DNA of 64,000 nucleotides from Strigamia acuminata (Eukaryota): NCBI GenBank assembly GCA_949358305.1, contig OX442314.1, positions 10,974,001 to 11,038,000 of the forward strand, read 5' to 3'. Shown piece by piece: positions 13,373 to 22,659 of this stretch (position 1 is its first letter; each line of letters starts with the position of its first letter). The notes under the pieces were generated by a model. It saw only the letters and a program-made list of their open reading frames with translations, ran no database searches and was not told where the DNA came from. The position numbers and the translations under genes were made by a program.

Positions 13373-14211
13373 ATGCGTCTTATTCCACTCCTCGCCGCCA
13401 CTTCTCTTCTTTTGGCCATTTGCGGGGTCCAGAGTTTGGGTTTCGGCACCATGGGGGCCGCCGGAGTGGGTGGTCTGGGCGGATTCCTAGGAATGGGAAT
13501 TATAAAATTAATTAAACTCAAAGTGGCCGCTTTCTTGGTCGCTAGTTTACTCAAGAAATTCCAAGAGGGCGGTATGGGCAAACCGCACGGCTTGTTCGGA
13601 GGTGGGGGCGGTGGTGGGGGGTATCCGGTTTACCCCCCGCCCCCATACGGCGGTGGTGGCGGCAATTATGGCGGCGGTGGCGGCGGTTATGGCGGCGGTG
13701 GCGGCGGTTACGTCGGCGGTGGTGGGAGTTATAGGAAGAGAAGTGTGGATTTCGTCAACAGGCGTGTGGATACGGCTTTTAATGCTGGTCTTGGGTACAT
13801 GTACGATAATTTGGCGAGTAACGACGAGTCCTTGTGCATTCCGCGTGTCGTGTGCGAGGTGAACGTCGCTCAAGCTCAAAGGAAGACCTTGGCGTCCTTG
13901 GGATCCGAGTTACTTCACCTGTTTCGGTAGGTTGAAATATAAATATAAATGTATAAATATAAATATAAATATAAATATAAAACGAAGTTTGAAGTGGATT
14001 TATTGTGTTTTTTTTTTGTTTTTTTTTTAGATCTTACCAGCCGAAGGTGACGCAGAGAAGTCCGTCTTATTATTATTTTAAGGCGGTTAAGAAGGCGTTT
14101 GCGCAGAAGGAGATTAAGGATTGTGTTGATGTTTTTCCGGCTTGTAAGGTTCCGTCGGTTGATTTGCTTCAAGTGATTGGTCGACTCATGCCGAAGTCGT
14201 CTTTGCCATAA
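13373..14211 (+). CDS. Secreted Gly/Tyr-rich precursor 3 with DM4/DM12-like domain (exons 13373-13926, 14031-14211)
   Basis: MRLIPLLAATSLLLAICGVQS signal, IIKLIKLKVAAFLVASLLKK, (YGGGGGG)n, RKRS, DESLCIPRVVCE; phase-2 intron; last exon ...CVDVFPAC; TGACGTCA (13210) and TATTTAAA (13225) upstream. Confidence 0.85.
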
Positions 14212-14626
14212 TTGTCTTTTTGTTGTTTTTAACTGTAAAATAGATAAAGTTCGTATGAATTTATGAATTAGTGTTATGGGCGGTTTTATATATTTTTAAG
14301 AAAGATTTTTTTTTTATCATTTATGTCCTAACACAATAAAAGTATCTTTTTTATACCTTGGAATTGCATTGGTGATTTTTATTTCCACTCAAAACACGGA
14401 TTTAGTTGGATTTGTTTGGTTTGTAAAACTGTTTACTGCTTTTCTACGAAAGAAAATTGCCGCCATTTTGATGACGACAGAAACGAGGGGTCCTCTAGTG
14501 GCAATTTATGACAATACATGTCAAATGTGGTCTTGTTGGGCGGATAAAATTAATTTTTTTGGAGCCTAAAAAAAGTAGTATATCTAATTCTGTTTTTTTT
14601 ACAGTGTAAATACGTGCAAAAAAAAG

Positions 14627-14727
14627 ACAAACAAGGGGAATGCCCTAAATATTTCCTAGACAACAAACAAGGGGAAATCCCTAAATATTTCATTGACGAC
14701 AAACAAGGAGTATTCCCTAAATATTTT
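14627..14727. repeat. Three 36-bp tandem units, each with a kappaB-like core
   Basis: acaaacaagg(gg/ag)...ccctaaatattt at 14627, 14663 and 14699; GGGAAATCCC at 14672-14681. Confidence 0.75.
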
Positions 14728-14846
14728 GTAGAAAATTACAGTTACCGGTACCGTAATGGAAATATTGTTCCTTAAAATTTAAAGCAAATTTTAAAAAGGC
14801 AATGTGAAATCAAATAAAACAGAATTGAATTTATTTTTCTAGACAG

Positions 14847-15439
14847 TGTCGTGACCAGACCAGCTGCACCTGCGCGCTGATCACTTACCTGCAGCGCAAT
14901 ACACTTAGTGCAGCTCTCACACCTCTCGTGCACCTATTGCAGTTCCCTGCAACCAGGTGGAGCTGCGGGCCCTAGATTTAACCAATAGGACCCCAAAAGT
15001 GACCTTGCGAAAGTTGTGAGCCCGTAGTGCCCAGAGAGTTGTTGAGCAACCAGCAGGGTGAACGCTTGCATTCCGACCGTCTATCCAAACTGACTGCTCT
15101 AGCAACCCGCCGGAACCTGAGCGTTTGTGTTGGCCGTGTCCGTGCTACATTCTTCATGCACGTTACGACGGCGTTGCAGAAACAGCAATACCGACCACGT
15201 GTGTCATGCGGCCAATGACTGCCGTGACTCGCAGTCTGATTAGGGGTGGCACCGCCATGGGAAATACACCAGAGACACCATAAATTCCCTAGACAACAAT
15301 AAAGCCATTATACTAACAATATAACTGTCTGATACTAACAATGTAACTGTGAAGCTTGTATTTCGTAGGTAGTTTTTTATAGTGTGTTGCATCCAGCACC
15401 TTGTGGCCCTCCCCTGACCATGTGGCGTCCATCTGAACA
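14847..15439 (+). mobile_element. Possible solo LTR
   Basis: GC-richer ~590-bp island bounded by TGT...ACA with an internal AATAAA (~15298); no target-site duplication found. Confidence 0.3.
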
Positions 15440-16400
15440 CTCAATGTTAAATCAAAATCGTGTATAAAAAGACCATATAAAAACAGAATTGGGTGTACGG
15501 TATTTATTTCAGGGCCGTAGGTTTTGTCCAGTCAATTTCAACAATTTTAAATTTTTTTTTCTTCAAATGGTGGTTATTTTGTTAGTTTTCTCCGGTTCTA
15601 TGTTTAATTTGATATAAAAACATCTATCTCAATGCGCACTTTTAATAACTTATAATAAATATCGTTTTGATCACTGAATATGATCGTTTGAACGAAAGGC
15701 CTATGGTTTTAGTTAATTGTTTGCAAGTTTATGTGTAATTTGAGTCCGGTTCTGTAAATTGCTCCAAATATCCAAAATATTGATATTTTTTGAATATTTT
15801 TTTTTAAATAATATAAATGTATTACTGTATTTTCTAAAGGGTCTTAATCACTGGTCTTTCATCACAGAATTTTTGTTTTGTTTGTTTAGAGAATTGGGTT
15901 TATGTGATGGGCAAAATGGGGTGACATAATCTGAAAACCTTTGATTACACAAGTGAAATTTTCTTTTAGACTAACAAAAATATGTCATTTGCCCTTTTAC
16001 ACAATGTTGGCAAATATTTTGACTTCTCAGAAAATGACGTAAATGTCTATTGATGACAAACCAAAAAACAAATCAATAGAAAAATCCATAAATTTATAAA
16101 AATATCAAAAAAATTCAACAAACAAAAATTTACCAAAAAAAAAATAATAAAATCAGAAAAGTAGTAAATAAAATTTAAAAAAAATTAACAACAAACTTAT
16201 TAGAAATATACACCACATGGGTAGCAATAAGTGGGTCGTTCATATTGTAACAATTTTATGACTACTTACTTTCTAACCTGATTCTACATACTTTCGCCAT
16301 CACTTAGGGAAACAATCCCAACCACGTGACACTTAGAAAAGCATATAAAATACATTTTGCATCGCATCCATCACTTAACGGATCCACAAATCGTCTCAGG

Positions 16401-17182
16401 ATGAACATCCACAAGTATGTGTGCAGCTTTTTACTTATTTTCACCTTCCTCGCCTTCCAAGTGGAAGAAACCGACGCTATTTGGATTATAAAAGCCGCCA
16501 TCATTGCCAAGGGTAAGAGTCGTCCTGTCCGACTCCGCAGTCGTACAGAATTTATCCATTCGAGATTTTTTTAATAATTTCTTTTGTTTTATTTTTATTT
16601 AGCGATTATTGCTGCTAAAATCATCAAAGGTCTTGCAGTTGCTGGTTGGTTTACAAGGGGAGGATTTGGTGGTGGAGGATTAGGCGCAGGCGGAGCTGGC
16701 GGGACCGGAGGTGGATTTTTGTGGGGAAGAAGAAAACGCGATGCGGAAAAAGGAGTTAATGTCACGAACGAAGATGTAGAACAACTTTTTTCAATCGTTT
16801 CGAATATCGACGAAGATTTGTGCATGGCGCGAATTATTTGCGAAATTCACGCGAGTAAAAACCAAAAACAATTTGGACAATTGGGAGCTGGGATTCAGAG
16901 AATATTTCAGTAAGAAATCAAAACTTTGCACTAAAAAGAATTTTTTTCTTATGATTTTAAATTTTTTTTATTTAAGGTTAAATTTTTACGTTTTATTTAA
17001 TTTCTAGGAATTATAATGTGACGACAGCTCATGCCAGAAGTCCCGTTATCAAATATAAACAAGCGGCCATTTTAGGAACGATCAGTGATAGTAATGTCTG
17101 TGCTGAAGTTTACAGCATATGCAGGTTGAAACCGGATCAAATTGATCGAGTTATTGACACAGCAAATAATGTCGATTGGTAG
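16401..17182 (+). CDS. Secreted precursor 4 with DM4/DM12-like domain (exons 16401-16512, 16603-16909, 17008-17182)
   Basis: TATAAAA at ~16344; signal peptide; IWIIKAAIIAKAIIAAKIIKGLAVAGW plus Gly-rich segment, GRRKR, IDEDLCMARIICE; phase-2 intron; last exon ...YKQAAILG...CAEVYSIC. Confidence 0.85.
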
Positions 17183-17584
17183 ATGCAAATAATTTTGATG
17201 CTCGAAAACAAAATGGCTAACCTAGATACAATTATAAAATGTAAATATTAAGATTTTTTTTTTCAAAAAATAAATAAAATTATTTTAAACATCAAATTTT
17301 GTACTTTATCCAATTTATTTCCAAACATTCCGACACAGCAAGCAATCTCCGTAATATATACTGTAGTTTAATACTTTACGCCTAGATGTCGCGCCCTTAC
17401 GGATCACACGTTGGACATGTCACTTTTATTAAATTTAATGTTACATTAAACCATACAACAATACAATTCTAGACATTGAATGGTCACTTGCAATTTATAA
17501 AACAAATGCTAAAATTTATACAGAGTATTGTAAATTGTAGCACAATTTTAACGGAAACAAATGTATATTTTTAAACCAGATAAT

Positions 17585-17654
17585 CAGGGGCGGATCTAGC
17601 TTTTCGGGGGCCCGGGGCTCAAGCCCCGATAGCCCGGTGCTAGGTCCGCCACTG
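17585..17654. mobile_element. 70-bp hAT-type MITE
   Basis: TIRs caggggcggatctagc / gctaggtccgccactg (14/16) flanked by an 8-bp duplication cagataat (17577-17584, 17655-17662). Confidence 0.85.
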
Positions 17655-19748
17655 CAGATAATAAGTTTCCATTATATCTATTACATCTTCTTCGCTATAA
17701 CCGGTCGACATCAACAGCGTCTTGCGTTGAGTTGGGTTTGGAACAACACATGGACCTGGATCCACCAAGGAAATAAGCAAATAGCTTCTGATGCAATAAT
17801 TGACGTCTTGTGGATTGACGAAGCAAAAATTTAAAAAATTGTCCGCCATCGACTGATTGCTCCACAGGTCAAACTGAGTGTAACATCTGAGAGAAAGACA
17901 CCGGCAGAATTCTTTGAAAATTGCCATCTCGTTCTCTGGTAAAATATCTCTTTCAGTAACATCTTCTAAAAAATCCTCGTCTAGCTTTCCAGCTTCACTA
18001 GCATCGATAATTTCCGACATTTTATAAAAACTATTCAAAACCGGTATAACTCTGTCCGGTAAACTAGCATCGTCCAACCAAGCCATCTTCTCCAAGTCTT
18101 GTTGGATATACGACGATAATAAATCCAAATCTATGTCGGATGCAGCGAAAAAGCTAAATTCTTCGGCTGCAACTTCGCCAAGCCAAACTTGAAACCGGTC
18201 GATCTCCTGGAAGCGACCGGTGAAGTAGTTAATGAGAACCGATTTTTTAATCTTGCTCCTGTCATTTGCGTTTGAAAAAGTAAAGTTCAAAAATCTGTCG
18301 AGGTTTGCCCATTTTTTCTCTCCAGCAATTGAGTCATAGAGGAACCTGAAACTGATCTTTTCCGCAAAGTAGGAACAATGCATCCTAAAGGTGCTCATTT
18401 CTTCCTTCGTCGTTATATATTTTCTCGCAATCAACTCCAGGAAATCCCATTGGAAATGGCAGTCTGCATATTCGCTCGAAGGGAGCCCCACAACATATCT
18501 GGATAAAATTCTTCTTCTGCTTTTGATACTCGCACCGCTCAGCAATAAGTCGACGTTATCGACATCTTGCGCCAGGCACAGCGTTTGGAACACGTACGAA
18601 TATTTATGTCCGTAGTGGAATTTCCTCAGTTCGGCAGGAGCGTTGAACCAGAAACGAACCAATAATTCCCTCACGCTGAACATCTTTTCCTCACGGTCGT
18701 ACGAAATATTTTCAATAGACTTCCGGATCATGCCGTAAAAGTCATCACCGGTCGCGAAGAGATCTAGAATGCGGCTACACGTGGGCTTGAACGAGTCAAC
18801 GTGCATAAAATATTTCAGCAAAGGTACCAAAGGTTTCAATCCGTAATCAGAAGACAAAACGGTCGATATTTGTTGCTGGTTCATTTCCCCAAGTAGAAAG
18901 TTGGTGATTCCAGTCTCGAAAGTGCAGAAACAATCGTCGCTGTGGTTGTCAATGTTGTTGTGGTCAATCAAGTCCCTCAACTTGCTTTTTTTTTGGACCA
19001 GCAACGTGACGAGCTCATTTCTGTCATGCGGTGTCATGAGTGACCAAAAGTACTCTACTGCAGATTGGTTTTTGTAGTCTATGGACAGGAAGAACATTTC
19101 TAATTTCTTGTCGAAAGTGATCTCCGGAGAGTCATTTCTAATCACATTTTTCCAATATTCATACATAATCTTTTTCAAGACTGATTCCTTTCGTTCGTCA
19201 AACCATCCTTTCAAAATGGTGGTGTTTAAAATCTTTTTCAAGAATGATTCCCTTCGTTCGTCAAACGTTTCTTTCAAAATGGTGGCGTTTTCGGTCCAAA
19301 TGTTCTCGGCGACATCGGCGATGCAAAACACGAGGGCGATGTCGAATCTGAATTGGATCGGCCAGTGTTGTAATTGGGAAAGCATTCGTGCCGTTTTGTT
19401 CACGTCTAATTGTCCGTGTACCGTCCATTGCGTGCATTGGATCGTTGAGTTGACGGATTTTACGTCGAGGAAGTAGAAAACTTGGGTAACTAAGAATTTC
19501 AGCAAATCCCACAACTGGTTTCCGACCTTGTAAACCAATGATCTCAGCGTTTCTTTTAGCTGGTTCGGAATGCCTAACGTCTTCACTATGTCACAAATTG
19601 CTTCTCTTGTGTCGAACCATTGTTTCTGTTGACTTTTAGTGATTTCTTTGAATTTTTTTTCAGTCATGAATTTATATTTCCATATTACAACCGAAGTTTT
19701 TGCTAGAGAAATATGTTTCAGACTCGGTAAGTCTAAAATGGTGCTCAT
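17640..19748 (-). CDS. Intronless unknown-family protein, copy A (~700 aa)
   Basis: Long uninterrupted ORF; first in-frame ATG at 19748 (MSTILDLPSLKHISL); paralogous to three neighbours. Confidence 0.85.
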   Translation of the reverse strand: MSTILDLPSLKHISLAKTSVVIWKYKFMTEKKFKEITKSQQKQWFDTREAICDIVKTLGIPNQLKETLRSLVYKVGNQLWDLLKFLVTQVFYFLDVKSVNSTIQCTQWTVHGQLDVNKTARMLSQLQHWPIQFRFDIALVFCIADVAENIWTENATILKETFDERRESFLKKILNTTILKGWFDERKESVLKKIMYEYWKNVIRNDSPEITFDKKLEMFFLSIDYKNQSAVEYFWSLMTPHDRNELVTLLVQKKSKLRDLIDHNNIDNHSDDCFCTFETGITNFLLGEMNQQQISTVLSSDYGLKPLVPLLKYFMHVDSFKPTCSRILDLFATGDDFYGMIRKSIENISYDREEKMFSVRELLVRFWFNAPAELRKFHYGHKYSYVFQTLCLAQDVDNVDLLLSGASIKSRRRILSRYVVGLPSSEYADCHFQWDFLELIARKYITTKEEMSTFRMHCSYFAEKISFRFLYDSIAGEKKWANLDRFLNFTFSNANDRSKIKKSVLINYFTGRFQEIDRFQVWLGEVAAEEFSFFAASDIDLDLLSSYIQQDLEKMAWLDDASLPDRVIPVLNSFYKMSEIIDASEAGKLDEDFLEDVTERDILPENEMAIFKEFCRCLSLRCYTQFDLWSNQSMADNFLNFCFVNPQDVNYCIRSYLLISLVDPGPCVVPNPTQRKTLLMSTGYSEEDVIDIMETYYLQWRT

Positions 19749-20155
19749 ATTTGGAATTCCAACAGATTTGTAGTTCAAATCTCAATAGATATATTCATTA
19801 TTACTCGGTACTTAAAACGTCTCTATTGTACTGTATATTTAAAACCATTGCAAAATAACATTATACCATTGTTAATTTGTAGTTTTCTTATTGTGGGTGG
19901 AGCCAAACTGCATTACGAGATAATTTTCCAACGGAAATGGATTTTTCAGTCAACAAGTTTTGTCATTGCCACATAGACAGCATTTAGAATGTTGGACATG
20001 TCACTTTTATTAAATTTAATGTTACATTGACCATATAACAATAAAATACTGTACAGTGAATAGTGGCCGACTTGCAATTTATAAAACAAATGCTAAAAAT
20101 CATACAGAGTATTGTAAATTGTAGCACAATTTTAACAGAAATAAATGTATATTTT

Positions 20156-22252
20156 TTAACGCACATAAGTTTCCATTATATCTATTACATCTTCTTCGCT
20201 ATAACCGGTCGACATCAACAGCGTCTTGCGTTGAGTTGGGTTTGGAACAACACATGGACCTGGATCCACCAAGGAAATAAGCAAATAGCTTCTGATGCAA
20301 TAATTGACGTCTTGTGGATTGACGAAGCAAAAATTTAAAAAATTGTCCGCCATCGACTGATTGCTCCACAGGTCAAACTGAGTGTAACATCTGAGAGAAA
20401 GACACCGGCAGAATTCTTTGAAAATTGCCATCTCGTTCTCTGGTAAAATATCTCTTTCAGTAACATCTTCTAAAAAATCCTCGTCTAGCTTTCCAGCTTC
20501 ACTAGCATCGATAATTTCCGACATTTTATAAAAACTATTCAAAACCGGTATAACTCTGTCCGGTAAACTAGCATCGTCCAACCAAGCCATCTTCTCCAAG
20601 TCTTGTTGGATATACGACGATAATAAATCCAAATCTATGTCGGATGCAGCGAAAAAGCTAAATTCTTCGGCTGCAACTTCGCCAAGCCAAACTTGAAACC
20701 GGTCGATCTCCTGGAAGCGACCGGTGAAGTAGTTAATGAGAACCGATTTTTTAATCTTGCTCCTGTCATTTGCGTTTGAAAAAGTAAAGTTCAAAAATCT
20801 GTCGAGGTTTGCCCATTTTTTCTCTCCAGCAATTGAGTCATAGAGGAACCTGAAACTGATCTTTTCCGCAAAGTAGGAACAATGCATCCTAAAGGTGCTC
20901 ATTTCTTCCTTCGTCGTTATATATTTTCTCGCAATCAACTCCAGGAAATCCCATTGGAAATGGCAGTCTGCATATTCGCTCGAAGGGAGCCCCACAACAT
21001 ATCTGGATAAAATTCTTCTTCTGCTTTTGATACTCGCACCGCTCAGCAATAAGTCGACGTTATCGACATCTTGCGCCAGGCACAGCGTTTGGAACACGTA
21101 CGAATATTTATGTCCGTAGTGGAATTTCCTCAGTTCGGCAGGAGCGTTGAACCAGAAACGAACCAATAATTCCCTCACGCTGAACATCTTTTCCTCACGG
21201 TCGTACGAAATATTTTCAATAGACTTCCGGATCATGCCGTAAAAGTCATCACCGGTCGCGAAGAGATCTAGAATGCGGCTACACGTGGGCTTGAACGAGT
21301 CAACGTGCATAAAATATTTCAGCAAAGGTACCAAAGGTTTCAATCCGTAATCAGAAGACAAAACGGTCGATATTTGTTGCTGGTTCATTTCCCCAAGTAG
21401 AAAGTTGGTGATTCCAGTCTCGAAAGTGCAGAAACAATCGTCGCTGTGGTTGTCAATGTTGTTGTGGTCAATCAAGTCCCTCAACTTGCTTTTTTTTTGG
21501 ACCAGCAACGTGACGAGCTCATTTCTGTCATGCGGTGTCATGAGTGACCAAAAGTACTCTACTGCAGATTGGTTTTTGTAGTCTATGGACAGGAAGAACA
21601 TTTCTAATTTCTTGTCGAAAGTGATCTCCGGAGAGTCATTTCTAATCACATTTTTCCAATATTCATACATAATCTTTTTCAAGACTGATTCCTTTCGTTC
21701 GTCAAACCATCCTTTCAAAATGGTGGTGTTTAAAATCTTTTTCAAGAATGATTCCCTTCGTTCGTCAAACGTTTCTTTCAAAATGGTGGCGTTTTCGGTC
21801 CAAATGTTCTCGGCGACATCGGCGATGCAAAACACGAGGGCGATGTCGAATCTGAATTGGATCGGCCAGTGTTGTAATTGGGAAAGCATTCGTGCCGTTT
21901 TGTTCACGTCTAATTGTCCGTGTACCGTCCATTGCGTGCATTGGATCGTTGAGTTGACGGATTTTACGTCGAGGAAGTAGAAAACTTGGGTAACTAAGAA
22001 TTTCAGCAAATCCCACAACTGGTTTCCGACCTTGTAAACCAATGATCTCAGCGTTTCTTTTAGCTGGTTCGGAATGCCTAACGTCTTCACTATGTCACAA
22101 ATTGCTTCTCTTGTGTCGAACCATTGTTTCTGTTGACTTTTAGTGATTTCTTTGAATTTTTTTTCAGTCATGAATTTATATTTCCATATTACAACCGAAG
22201 TTTTTGCTAGAGAAATATGTTTCAGACTCGGTAAGTCTAAAATGGTGCTCAT
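20156..22252 (-). CDS. Intronless unknown-family protein, copy B (duplicate of A)
   Basis: Translation identical to copy A except the last residues; offset 2504 bp. Confidence 0.8.
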   Translation of the reverse strand: MSTILDLPSLKHISLAKTSVVIWKYKFMTEKKFKEITKSQQKQWFDTREAICDIVKTLGIPNQLKETLRSLVYKVGNQLWDLLKFLVTQVFYFLDVKSVNSTIQCTQWTVHGQLDVNKTARMLSQLQHWPIQFRFDIALVFCIADVAENIWTENATILKETFDERRESFLKKILNTTILKGWFDERKESVLKKIMYEYWKNVIRNDSPEITFDKKLEMFFLSIDYKNQSAVEYFWSLMTPHDRNELVTLLVQKKSKLRDLIDHNNIDNHSDDCFCTFETGITNFLLGEMNQQQISTVLSSDYGLKPLVPLLKYFMHVDSFKPTCSRILDLFATGDDFYGMIRKSIENISYDREEKMFSVRELLVRFWFNAPAELRKFHYGHKYSYVFQTLCLAQDVDNVDLLLSGASIKSRRRILSRYVVGLPSSEYADCHFQWDFLELIARKYITTKEEMSTFRMHCSYFAEKISFRFLYDSIAGEKKWANLDRFLNFTFSNANDRSKIKKSVLINYFTGRFQEIDRFQVWLGEVAAEEFSFFAASDIDLDLLSSYIQQDLEKMAWLDDASLPDRVIPVLNSFYKMSEIIDASEAGKLDEDFLEDVTERDILPENEMAIFKEFCRCLSLRCYTQFDLWSNQSMADNFLNFCFVNPQDVNYCIRSYLLISLVDPGPCVVPNPTQRKTLLMSTGYSEEDVIDIMETYVR

Positions 22253-22659
22253 ATTTGGAATTCCAACAGATTTGTAGTTCAAATCTCAATAGATATATTC
22301 ATTATTACTCGGTACTTAAAACGTCTCTATTGTACTGTATATTTAAAACCATTGCAAAATAACATTATACCATTGTTAATTTGTAGTTTTCTTATTGTGG
22401 GTGGAGCCAAACTGCATTACGAGATAATTTTCCAACGGAAATGGATTTTTCAGTCAACAAGTTTTGTCATTGCCACATAGACAGCATTTAGAATGTTGGA
22501 CATGTCACTTTTATTAAATTTAATGTTACATTGACCATATAACAATAAAATACTGTACAGTGAATAGTGGCCGACTTGCAATTTATAAAACAAATGCTAA
22601 AAATCATACAGAGTATTGTAAATTGTAGCACAATTTTAACAGAAATAAATGTATATTTT

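Noticed and set aside
19749..19778. TTG/GTG-initiated N-terminal extensions in the ORF track
   Set aside because: Eukaryotic locus; the first conserved in-frame ATG was used instead
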